The position numbers were made by a program, and so were the translations under genes. A stretch of 63,786 nt of DNA, the filler included, from Hausera hauseri (taxonomy: Eukaryota), in assembly GCA_046269625.1 (NCBI GenBank). It is 12 parts of 12 records of this genome, joined end to end, with 100 filler letters (N's around TTAATTAATTAA, not from the genome) between each part and the next. Parts side by side here need not be neighbours in the genome. Positions count along the whole stretch, not along the records: positions 1 to 7,335 come from JBJURY010021785.1; positions 7,436 to 13,502 come from JBJURY010145869.1; 10 more parts are not named here. One strand, given 5' to 3'. Below, piece by piece: positions 1-10,477 of this stretch. The notes under the pieces are model-generated. The model had not been told where the DNA came from and did not search any database. It worked only from the letters and a program-made list of their open reading frames with translations. Each line of letters starts with the position of its first letter. The stretch's first letter is position 1.

Positions 1-3000
1 AAAAAACGAATAAAACAGAAATATTACTGGCCTACAATGGAACAAGATGTAAAGGATTGGGTAGACGAATGCAAAATATGCGCAACCATGAAAAATAAAG
101 GCAAACGTTATAAACCTGAGTTAAAATCATTACCAGAACCAAGCAGTCCAATGGAACTATGTGCTATGGATTTTTCTGGACCATTCCCAACAACTTCAAG
201 AGGGAATAAATATATCTTGTTATGTACGGACTATCTAACTAGCTATCCTATCTTAATTCCAACAAAGGATTTACTAGCTTCTACAGTAGCAAAGAAATTC
301 ATAAACAGAATAGTTTGCCAATTTGGCGCACCACGACATTTATTAACTGATAGAGCACCAAATTTCCGAAGTGAATTATTAAAGGAAATAACCGACATTT
401 GTCAAACCAGCAGATTATTAACAACGGCATATCATCCCCAATGCAACGGTAAAGTTGAAAGATTAAATTATACAGTGCAATGTATACTATCTGCAATGAT
501 AGACAAAACCCAAAAGGATTGGGATATTCATTTAAAAGTCGTGCAATTCGCAATAGCAACCACACCAACAAGCTCGTCAGGTTTTACACCTTTCGAATTA
601 ATGTATGGTAGAAAACCACTTCTACCTATGGATATTCAGTTATTACCAGAAAAGGAAATTCCTGAAAATCAATCGGATGAAGATATACACGAAAGTGTTG
701 TTAATAGCTTAGCAAATTATTGGAAAAGGGCTAAACAAGCCATAAAACAATACAAACAAGAGTATCAAGAATATTATAATAAAAAAGCCAATCCTCATAA
801 GTTTCAACCAGGTGATAAAGTAATGGTACATTATCCGGTAACCAAACCAGGAAAATCACTAAAATTAACTCGAACTGGCAAAGGACCGTTTGTAGTAGTC
901 AAAACTACACCTGAAAATATTTTTATCGAAAAGGGAACTGGTAAAAAGACCAGAATTGAATGTATCTCAGCCCAACGAGTAACCAAAGGACCAAAAGAAC
1001 CCAAACCAACAGAAGAACCAAAATACTCTCTGAGATCAGTTAAACAACCAGTTCTAAAATCAGCTTGTAGCTTAGAACAATTATTCTTTATAATTATGAT
1101 TTTTGGTCTAATATTATCTACTACGGCACAAACCTTAATAACAGATCCTATGATTACAAACTTAGAACTACGAGTGAAAATTAACTGGCAGAATTCAGTA
1201 GATCCAGTAGATGCATTATTCGTAGGAGAATCGAAATACAAAGAAACCACACAATTAATCTTATCATCAGAAATTAATGAAGCAATTTGGTTATCAACCA
1301 AACGTTGCTCGACTCCAGTATTAAATGAGATTTGTCTCATAGACCTCTATTTTTTAACAACCGAGATTTTACTAAAACCAAAACAAAAAATCCTGCCTAT
1401 AGCAAGACAGGTATACGTAGAGAAAATTGGCTCTACCTTCTTTTTTACACAAGAAAAAGACCATGAACCTAAATTGATAGATAAAGTCACAATAAAAAGA
1501 CCCACCTTAACTAGGGATGTCGACCTACAAATAACATATTATTTCCCTAGATTGTTTAAACATAAGTCCGGCGAAAAGGCCTTAAATTTCCATATCCACA
1601 TGACAACACCACAGTTTTTTAAGGTTGAAAAACGAATACTAATACCGTCCACAATAACACTAAAAATAGATATAACTAAACCAACCCCTATACCATACTT
1701 CAGTAAAATACCAGAAATTGATCTAACCACAACAGACTTGTACATTGAATTTAAAGCCATGCAGCTAGTAAAAAGTCCAATCACCATAACATGCATAGGA
1801 AAATATCATGTTATATACGCCACCATAAAGCAAAAAGAAAAAATGACAAGATGTAGTGATCTTCAACCCGATGAAGAATATTTAGTCATGTTTTCCCAAG
1901 ATCATGCAGCAGTAAAATATAAGACAGTCAGAACACCAACACGAAAACATTTAATTCCATTAGAAATACAACCATATACCTTAAAAGTAACCACAATAGT
2001 ACCAGATATTCATATCACTACATTAAAAACTATAATCTCATTCACAGTAATAACTGTATTCCTAATAACAATATCTATGCCATTTATGATTATCGAATTA
2101 AAAAAATGGATTACAGAAAGGAATCAAATTCAAAAACAATTAAAAACTTTACAAAATTTCGAAAATGAAAATATAGTTAATAGAAATCTGTTAATAACAA
2201 CGGCTTTATTATTTGCTCCAATTGTGGATGGAGATGTGGAGTGGAAGGCCAACCTTAAGAGTTTCGAAACATTGATATACACACAAAAACTAAAAAGAAC
2301 ATGCACACAAAAAATCAGAAATGCACACAAGCAAAAAACAACCATTCACAAATCAATAAAAATCAATCAATGCAAGGTAACCACCTACCTTGCAAACGGG
2401 CCATTAAATACGACCCGCTATCACTACTTTCTTCTTTTTAGTAAAATTATGGAATTCCTGAACACTCCAGTTTACGAGCCAGAAGGCGAAATGAATGAAA
2501 CAAATTTCAATCAAGATCCCCTAGAATCAGAAACCAACATCGACCTTGATCAAACTACTTCCGAATCAGACTCCGATAATTCAATCAAATCGGTGGTCCC
2601 TAACCCTAAACGAAGGGTTATACCACCACCAAAACAATTTAATTCTTCTTTTACCTTCCAAAATCCAACCCAAGGATTTGGATTGACCAGAGGAATATTG
2701 AGTATGCCACCAATACCAAAAGTTTCAAATAATGTCAAAATTCAATCAACAATTGAAATACGAAGAAAAGGTATTGCAATTAACGATCTTCCAGAAACCA
2801 AACGACTAAAAGTTCAATCGCAAGTATTAGATAACCTGCAAGAAAATGAGGAATATCGAATAAAAAACCGGTCCTGGGATGATCTATATGGAAAATTCAT
2901 TTTGATATATGATGCTTCAACAAATTTATATTCATCGAAATTTTACAATCAAATGGCAAATTTAATGGAAACGTCAGAAGATATTCTATATACAGATAGT

Positions 3001-4578
3001 AAATATATAGATAATAGCCTCAAAACTTCAATAATCAACGATAGAACATTCCGGATTATGAAAATAAATGAACCTCACTACAACATCAATTTAAAAGAAT
3101 TTCTACACCTACAATTACCATTTGAAAAAATCTTGATTCACGTAGCTCGTGGAAAATTACAATTCCGAGCACATTCAGATCTTTATGATAGCGTGAATCC
3201 GCACAAAACGATCATCGCATCGAAAAATTCAATAAGGATCAAAGAAACTGCATTTAAGACTGACATCTATTTCAGAGTATTACTACATCCAGTGGTACTG
3301 GGAATAGAGGTCTGTCAGGAAATAGATGATAAAATAGGTCTAAAAGATCCAATTTTTTATCAAACTCCACCAAAAGAGGTGAATAATTATCAATTAACTA
3401 ACAATACTAATTATAGATACGTGGCAGTTTCCCTATCCTATGCTTCTAACGGAGATCCACTACCAGTAGAAGTCATAATTACAGATCAAAATAGACTGAT
3501 TGTCTATCAAGCCTATATAAATCCCAGAAGAAGGATCGCAAACACTAATGAACACGTCCACGGATTATCATTGGAAATAATCCAGCAAGCAGAGGATGAA
3601 GAAGCAGTTCGTATGGAATTAATTAAGTACTTATACGGTTACAAAGTTATAAGTGCTAACACCAAGATCATCCTCAAAGCACTCAGAGTTCCAGAGAATT
3701 TTGTATTTGGAATCTTAGATCTACTATCCGTAGCAAATACAAAACAAAGATTCAAGGAAGAAAACTTGAAAATCAACTTGACGCAATTACCCAAAGTTTA
3801 CGGATATAATTATGACTTCCCAAAGACAGCAGAAAGCATCATACAAACGTTAATGGACATCCATAATAAAATAGAAAATGGTTGTACTAACGAAAAATGG
3901 GAACAGGATTGGGATCCTCCAGAAAATAATATCATAGACTATGGAAGTCTAATGGAAATACCAAAAAGATATCACGAAAACTATCCGTTTGAACAAGCAA
4001 AAGAAGAACCAATAATAAAAAGAAAATCTAAACGTTCAAACAGTGATAACATTCTACAAAAGATATCTCCGTCCCAAAATACAAATACTCAAATATTAAA
4101 AAATTCGTTTCTAAAAAAAGAAACTATGGGAGTTAAACTATCCATTTTATTGTACGGAGACACCAACAAAGCAATAAATGTTTCATTTATTCATGAGCCA
4201 AAATCGACTCAGAACCAATTTAATCAACTGAAGCTCTATCCAGATTTCGGTAAATTAATTGGAATCGTGTATAAACACCTCCAAAATAATACTCTACATC
4301 TAGCCATGATAGGGAGTCATCTAGACACTATCATGAAAATTGAAAACAATCCAATATTGGTACAACAACCAATAGCAATTCAATTGGATAGAAAACCCAT
4401 TCCCAAACCAAGGGGTGGAATAATAATAAAAATAAAAGGATCAAACAAAGAAAAGGTCCGAATGCTTTTATTCGCCACACATGACAAATTGGTTCTCGAA
4501 AACCTATACAGAATTACGAAGACGATGACGACGGATGAAGATACCATGAAGGCAACCCAATATACAATCCAGTTATGA
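1..4578 (+). CDS. pol: Ty3/Gypsy Pol C-terminus (integrase) fused in frame to an env-like membrane module and a large accessory region; 5'-truncated at the window edge
   Basis: The frame is open from base 1 (KKRIKQKYYWPTMEQDVKDWVDECKIC, integrase Zn-binding end). DDE triad AMDFSGP / LLTDRAPNF / GKVERLN; GPY/F motif GKGPFVV. No stop until 4576-4578. Hydrophobic segments at 1081-1128, 2032-2094 and 2188-2232. Confidence 0.93.
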   Translation, partial: KKRIKQKYYWPTMEQDVKDWVDECKICATMKNKGKRYKPELKSLPEPSSPMELCAMDFSGPFPTTSRGNKYILLCTDYLTSYPILIPTKDLLASTVAKKFINRIVCQFGAPRHLLTDRAPNFRSELLKEITDICQTSRLLTTAYHPQCNGKVERLNYTVQCILSAMIDKTQKDWDIHLKVVQFAIATTPTSSSGFTPFELMYGRKPLLPMDIQLLPEKEIPENQSDEDIHESVVNSLANYWKRAKQAIKQYKQEYQEYYNKKANPHKFQPGDKVMVHYPVTKPGKSLKLTRTGKGPFVVVKTTPENIFIEKGTGKKTRIECISAQRVTKGPKEPKPTEEPKYSLRSVKQPVLKSACSLEQLFFIIMIFGLILSTTAQTLITDPMITNLELRVKINWQNSVDPVDALFVGESKYKETTQLILSSEINEAIWLSTKRCSTPVLNEICLIDLYFLTTEILLKPKQKILPIARQVYVEKIGSTFFFTQEKDHEPKLIDKVTIKRPTLTRDVDLQITYYFPRLFKHKSGEKALNFHIHMTTPQFFKVEKRILIPSTITLKIDITKPTPIPYFSKIPEIDLTTTDLYIEFKAMQLVKSPITITCIGKYHVIYATIKQKEKMTRCSDLQPDEEYLVMFSQDHAAVKYKTVRTPTRKHLIPLEIQPYTLKVTTIVPDIHITTLKTIISFTVITVFLITISMPFMIIELKKWITERNQIQKQLKTLQNFENENIVNRNLLITTALLFAPIVDGDVEWKANLKSFETLIYTQKLKRTCTQKIRNAHKQKTTIHKSIKINQCKVTTYLANGPLNTTRYHYFLLFSKIMEFLNTPVYEPEGEMNETNFNQDPLESETNIDLDQTTSESDSDNSIKSVVPNPKRRVIPPPKQFNSSFTFQNPTQGFGLTRGILSMPPIPKVSNNVKIQSTIEIRRKGIAINDLPETKRLKVQSQVLDNLQENEEYRIKNRSWDDLYGKFILIYDASTNLYSSKFYNQMANLMETSEDILYTDSKYIDNSLKTSIINDRTFRIMKINEPHYNINLKEFLHLQLPFEKILIHVARGKLQFRAHSDLYDSVNPHKTIIASKNSIRIKETAFKTDIYFRVLLHPVVLGIEVCQEIDDKIGLKDPIFYQTPPKEVNNYQLTNNTNYRYVAVSLSYASNGDPLPVEVIITDQNRLIVYQAYINPRRRIANTNEHVHGLSLEIIQQAEDEEAVRMELIKYLYGYKVISANTKIILKALRVPENFVFGILDLLSVANTKQRFKEENLKINLTQLPKVYGYNYDFPKTAESIIQTLMDIHNKIENGCTNEKWEQDWDPPENNIIDYGSLMEIPKRYHENYPFEQAKEEPIIKRKSKRSNSDNILQKISPSQNTNTQILKNSFLKKETMGVKLSILLYGDTNKAINVSFIHEPKSTQNQFNQLKLYPDFGKLIGIVYKHLQNNTLHLAMIGSHLDTIMKIENNPILVQQPIAIQLDRKPIPKPRGGIIIKIKGSNKEKVRMLLFATHDKLVLENLYRITKTMTTDEDTMKATQYTIQL
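1081..2232 (+). other. env-like module within the polyprotein: signal peptide, ~300-aa ectodomain, TM helix, short tail, second signal-like segment
   Basis: LFFIIMIFGLILSTTA|QT signal-like sequence right after integrase; 21-residue TM IISFTVITVFLITISMPFMII followed by basic ELKK; then LLITTALLFAPIVDG|DV. Confidence 0.65.
3412..3873 (+). other. DEDDh (REX4/ISG20/DnaQ-like) exonuclease-fold domain with catalytic residues lost
   Basis: YVAVSLSY..VEVIITDQNRLIVYQAYINP...TNEHVHGLSLEIIQQA...AVRMELIKYLYGYKVISAN..IILKAL...INLTQLPKVYG...AESIIQTLMDIH follows the REX4-family pattern YVAIDCEM..RVSIVD..G.VLYD.YVKP....T.VSGIT...L..A.....V..LL.G.ILVGH....DL.AL...SLK.LA...H.S.EDA.ATM.LY. Confidence 0.7.
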
Positions 4579-4817
4579 CATTTGACACTTGTGATTAACA
4601 ATTTATCTTTAACATTTATGACGAACAGTTCATCTTTCCTTTGTATATTCTATTATCCTTTTTAACTTTTATCAATTACTTATTTGTATAATCCATTGTG
4701 TTATCTCACTTTTTGTATCTATCATTATTGTATACCTTTATTTTTGACTTTGTATTTACACATGTAAGAGTAATTGTCTCGTTGCAGAACTATTAATTTT
4801 CTAAGGAAAATTTCGTA

Positions 4818-4832
4818 ATAGGGGGGGGGAGA
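4818..4832 (+). promoter_or_regulatory. polypurine tract (PPT) of the Gypsy element
   Basis: ATAGGGGGGGGGAGA immediately before TGTTAGGG. Confidence 0.9.
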
Positions 4833-5616
4833 TGTTAGGGAAGAAAATAATAAGTTTAATTGAATTAAATAAAAATACGTGGTTAATTAAAACATTAATT
4901 AACAAAAAATAAAAAGAAAAATAGTTAAAACACCCCCAGAATGTTAAACTCAGAAAAAGAAGTGGCTAATGAAAGCCAAATGAAAATTTAAAAACACCCC
5001 CTGTTTTTAGACAAAATTTGACAGTTTAGGGTCTAAAACACCCCCAGAACTTAATTGTTCTGAATGAAAAATACGGTGCTAAAAAATAAAACACCTTCAG
5101 AATTTAGTAAAAACCGATTGATAACCAAACTAACCTAAAACACCCCCAGTTCAAATTTAGGGTATAAATACAGTAAGCATAACACCAGTTAGACACGAAA
5201 AAATTATAAAGCAGTTAAGAACACAATAAAATTTTGTGCTTTCAAGGATTCAAAAATTTATCCGCGAAAATTTATCCAAAGATATTTTTCTGGAATTAGG
5301 TAAAACATAACCCAATTCTTATTCATCTGCAACAGGACAATTGCCCGATAAATTGCACATTTCTTTTGTGTCATTTATTCAGTTGTGGTACCGTTCCATT
5401 TCGTTTGGAACTTTTTATTGGATCACCTGTAAATCAGATTCTTTGGAAATAAAGAAAATCCGATATTTGGGTAAATCTTAAAACAATATTTTTGTTGTTA
5501 TTTATTGTTCTTTGTTTTTAAATAAAATAAATTTATTCCCACTAACTAAATCGCGCTCGCAGCCGAACCACAAGTAGGCTACGCGAAATACACAAAAGTA
5601 AAGCTAACTTTCAACA
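4833..5616 (+). mobile_element. 3' LTR (~780 bp) of the env-like Gypsy element
   Basis: Starts TGTT after the PPT; candidate end AACA at 5613-5616 (no second LTR available to confirm it). TATAAATA at 5163-5170, AATAAA at 5225-5230, five AAAACACCCCCAG-type repeats in U3. Confidence 0.75.
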
Positions 5617-5934
5617 GTAAGAAATTAATTCTTTCTTATTTTTAATAATTGTTCATATAAGACTGGAACATTTAAAAAACTTAACAAAAAGAATAAGGAA
5701 TATCTTCCAAGTAAAAATAGTAGAAGTTAAATTAGATTACTTCTACGGAGTTTGGAAAGCAGACATTTTCGAAGAATTTCGAAAAATACATAACGAGGAA
5801 GAAGACAAACAACTTCTTCTCTTTTGCAAAACAAAATACATATTCAAAACAAAACTTAAATTTAACCCAAACTGTCCACAAATATTGGATAAGTACATAC
5901 AAGAACAGAAATCCATAAATTTAACTAAAAAGTG

Positions 5935-7335
5935 AAATTGATTGGATCAGCGAACCAACACTTATAATAATTTAAGTGAAGCCGAACGTGAAAACTGGAA
6001 TACAATAAGCATAGCAATAATAGATAGATTTTTACCGACCATGAGCCCTCAGCAGCAGTTAATAATTTTTTAAAATAGGTTCCAAAAAATGAACCAGTCA
6101 CTCAATTTGTATACTCTTTAAGACAATTAATTTATAATTATGTTAAAGCCATTAAATTGTCCAAAATGAGACAAAATGGTAATAATGATGTCGAAGAGAT
6201 CATTATTGATACTGATATTTTGTTGCCTACACAGTTCATGCGAGGTTTAGTACCAGATTTAAGATATAAGGTTTTGGCCGGAAGTCCAAATACATTTGCT
6301 GATGTTTTGAAAATGGCACAGAATTTTGAGGCTTTTAGACCTCTTAAGACGAATAAAGAAAATAATCAAGCATCTAGTGCTAATTCATTGCAAAATGCGT
6401 CACAATAAGAAAGTAGATAAAATCCGTCAAGCAGTCAAAATGAAAATCAAAACGGTAACCAAAATAGAAATCAATATGTTAATGAGTCACCTTATAAAGG
6501 AAATAGCTACCAAAATGATGGAAGAGAAGATATAAATAGAGCTGGTAAAGTTATAAAATGTTATAGATGTCAGCGTAATGGACATACCGCTAGTAATTGC
6601 AGAACTCCAAGTGATAAATTACCAATAAAAAATGAACCTACAACGAAATCTGCAGCCTTTAATGAAAAAAATATTGGACCTTCTATTGAATATTACTTTG
6701 AGGATTGGCATATGTCAAATCGAGATTCGAAAAAATTTGCAAAACTGCAGAATTCTATTTGTGGTACGGACGATGAAGAGCTAAGAGAATCTAAATTAAC
6801 AATTATTTCTGCCCATAAAGATGAAGTACGAAAATATTTTTCCGGAAATAAACTAACAGAATTGGAACAAATGGCTTTTGATGCATTGCCAGTACCAGTA
6901 GCAGCTGTTGATAAAGATGGAAACAAGATAATAAAAAATATATCTCCTGGCTATACTAATAATAAATCAAAAAGTGTTTCAGAGAATACCCCTGAAGAGA
7001 CACTAACAAAATTAAGAAAACGTAGAAAAAGATCAAAGTCACCTACAAGAAAACTTGCTGAAAACTTTATAAAAGATGATCAAGAAATTTCTGAAGAAAC
7101 TAAAGAAAAAGTTATAAACCTTATGATTAAATATTTGGATCAAATGGCACGAGGTCAAATACCTTTCGGATTAGAAAAGTTTGAATCAATTAACGCATAT
7201 TTGCAGCCTACTAGTTCATCAAAAGATAATTATAATAAAGTTATGAAAAAAGTTTACGATGTTCCAAAAGCAGAAATTCAAGAAGAACAACGAACAAAAT
7301 TGACAAAGTAATCGAAGAAGTATTAAACAAAGAAA
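5935..7335 (+). pseudogene. gag: degenerate Gypsy gag with CCHC zinc knuckle
   Basis: CYRCQRNGHTASNC at 6559-6600; capsid-like ..DRFLPT..QQQ..EPVTQFVYSLRQL; in-frame TAA at 6406 and 6418; homologous to the gag at 45500. Confidence 0.8.
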
Positions 7336-7435
7336 NNNNNNNNNNNNNNNNNNNNNNNNNNNNNNNNNNNNNNNNNNNNTTAATTAATTAANNNNNNNNN
7401 NNNNNNNNNNNNNNNNNNNNNNNNNNNNNNNNNNN
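7336..7435. other. artificial contig linker (44N-TTAATTAATTAA-44N). Identical linkers at 13503-13602, 19418-19517, 26038-26137, 30080-30179, 35048-35147, 39197-39296, 43279-43378, 48269-48368, 54158-54257, 59622-59721
   Basis: Same 100-bp spacer with six-frame stops occurs 11 times. Confidence 0.99.
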
Positions 7436-7649
7436 TTGAATCAACATATTTTTCCTTTAAAATGTTACATTTACTCAGATTAAACTTTTGATCTGTCATC
7501 TATGTTCTATTACGAATAAAATATTGACATTTGCCATCTCCACATCATTGCATTCAGTTTTTATTCACAATTTGTTTAGTGTCCCAACTTTTTTGGAATC
7601 CGGTTTGTATTTCAGGACTGTTCTCAATTCTGAGTGGCTCAAGAAGACT

Positions 7650-10130
7650 CACAGATGTTGCTCAAAAACTTTGACCAACATCTGATCTTGACTTTCAAAA
7701 TAAATCACCTCCAAAGTGTAACATAGTTCATTGTAATATTCAACAGTTGCTGACCTTATTACTTACTTGATGTTGACGTGATATAGAAGATACTAAATGC
7801 TGATAATAACTCTTTATTATTGCTACTGGGAAATTGTATGAAATTTAAATTATTTACATGTTAAAATAATAGAAAAACCACTAGAATCAGAATAATGTAT
7901 GCAAAAAAATTTTTTTCAAAATGAAGGTCCACAAATCAGCAAAAATATCAAAACTAATTTATTTTACTGTGATAAGAACAGATACATTTCTCTAAAAACT
8001 GATATTGGCTTTCAAGTACAGACAGTTCCAGTCAGTTTCTCTGGCTTGTTACAGGATTTCTTCACTCAAATCTATCTCCATACAATTTACCAGAAAAATA
8101 GCCAGTGAAGGTGCAAAAACGAATTTAATTACAACGGTCAATAAAAATAGAAATACTTTTCTTAGTTACTGTGATAAAAACAGTTCCATTATTCAAGCAG
8201 AATGGTAGCAAGGCTCGCAGCATTGGAGCACTGAACTTGGGTTTCAAGAACACAACAGACAGTTCCAGGTGTTTCCTCTTGCTTGTTCCAGGACTTCTTC
8301 ACTGAAGCCTAGGCACTGCTCGTGGAACCATAGCTCACATGAGTCACACTGGATCTGCAGAACGAGTTAGAAAACTCATTGATTCAAGTTCAAAAGAATG
8401 TGTGTCTGTTCCCATTTTACCATTACATTCTCTCATTATTTGATCAAGGAATTCATTATCTTTTAGAAAACCATGTGAAACAAGTAATTGTCAGTAAATG
8501 TCTAACTTTGAAACTTTGGTGTGGAAGTAGTTGAGATTCATCTAAACACATGCACTTTGGGTGTTGTACCAGGGACCTTCAGTACAAACTTTCATTCCAC
8601 CTCATGTACCACGTGATGCGTTTGACAATAACGATACTTGAACCGTAAAACCTTATCCACAGCATGCTATCAGATCCAGCAGAATCACATGAAATCATTT
8701 ACATATGTTGTGATACTACAATAAAAAACATACATCACCAAACAAATGTCCTCACCCAGTTTGTCACTGGAGGCCCTGCACCACGTGGTTTTGCCAAAGA
8801 ACTCATGGAGCAGTTGTTGCCCGAATCAAACCCTGTAAATCAAGGAAAACAAGTTACACCATAAAATAATAAGTGAACTATTTATGTGAGGAGTAGAAGT
8901 AGACTGCTTTGAGTTGACCTCCAGCACCAAACTCTCATCTTGAGCAAGCATGAAGGAAATAGTAAATGGAGTGTACTTCTATAGCACCTTTCTATCTTCT
9001 CAAGATACTCACTGACATGAGGTTTCAGTGGAAAGAAAAACTCCCTCATGACGAGGAAACCTTTACCTTACCCTAACCTTACCATAACCGTTACCTTTAC
9101 ATGCTAAGAAAGAAATTGTATCAAATGAAGACTAGTAATAAAACTTGAAACAATCTTGTGTTCTTACCCAGGTTTTGATGATTTAAACAGTATTTCTTGA
9201 ATTAAAACTGATGAAAGCCATCTAAGGAGGGCAAAAGACTGAAAAATATAGTCCTAAGATGCTCAGGTCCAAAAACTAACACGCTCAGTCTTGTCTGAGT
9301 TTAAAAGCAGAACATTTAGGGTAATCCAGGGTTTCTGTCTTTAAGACATGCTTGTAGTCTAAGTAGCTGATTGGATTCATTGATGATAGATGAGAATTTT
9401 TACAAATTGTTTTTATCTACCTTTCACTTATATGCAGTACCAACTGTACTTTTTTTTAGTCTTGGTTCATCTTTTGTCTTATCTTTCTGATTGTTATAGT
9501 CTTCTGAGTAAACTGTGTTTGTGCACAATCTTATTTCCCAATGATGCATATTTTTATAATTAGTTACAAAATCAAGATATTTTGCCAAACAAACCTGATG
9601 CAGTGAAGATTTGCTGAGCCATTGCTTTTCTTTCTTTGACCATTGCTGCTTTTGAAGAGTTCAAATGTTTGGCTGAGTGTCAGGAAAAGTCTTCATCACT
9701 TCTCTGGCAATCTAAATACGTGTAAAAGATGTAAACCATCATAAATGGTAATTCAATCAAATGAGACACAAACAAAACCAAACAAAAAAGAATTATTAAA
9801 CCAAGTATTTCTACTGAAGTTTATTGTCACTGTTCCTTCTCCTTCCTTGAATATTACAATGATCTATGTTCAATTTTGGAGGTGATTTATTTTGAAAGTC
9901 AACATTTGCAATTGTTTTCTCCCATCTATCAGTTTTTTAGCAATAAATTCTGTAACATATGGAAAATAATAAGCAAAATGTGAACATTTTTCAGAGGTGA
10001 TTTATTTTGAAAGTCAAGAGTTCTAATCTCAGCAACATATGAATAATAAAATGCAAAATGTGCAACTTTGAAAGGCATTCATTTGGAAACTCAACATCAG
10101 ATATTGGTGAAACTTGATGAGCAACTTCTG
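7650..10130. mobile_element. probable decayed DNA transposon bounded by inverted repeats
   Basis: TTGACTTTCAAAATAAATCACCTCC (7688-7712) recurs inverted at 9878-9902 and ~9994-10017; 7651-7685 recurs inverted at ~10099-10130. Confidence 0.45.
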
Positions 10131-10477
10131 GGCTGGGGGGTCTTTTAGGGAAGTGAGAGTGGTTTCTGCAAAGTAACATAGCAGTTTTTGTTTTTGGAAG
10201 CTTTTGGGAACAATATTTGACATTCTCACATCATGAACACACAAATAACCAGAGATAAGAGTGAAACTGAAATGGCTCAACACTCACAGGCTTTAAAAGT
10301 AGTTCTTGAAAGTATAACAGCAAGAATGACAACTCACAGAAAGACATAGACATAATCAACAGCTTTTATTGATTTATTTTCAGCTAGTAACAACGTTTAT
10401 TTTCAGCTTTTATTTTGAAAAGCAACACGCAGCGTGTCGCCGCGGCATTACCGTAGTACATGTTGTGAACGTGCACA

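Noticed and set aside
4927-5150. CRISPR-like repeat/spacer appearance
   Set aside because: Repeats are only ~13 bp, irregularly spaced and inside a eukaryotic LTR; no cas genes.
7380-7391. Recurrent TTAATTAATTAA palindrome
   Set aside because: Artificial linker inside N runs. Adjacency across linkers has no biological meaning, and ORFs running into them are artefacts.
8760-8850. KDZ-transposase-like RTHGAVVARIKPC peptide
   Set aside because: Too short and no catalytic motifs found nearby.
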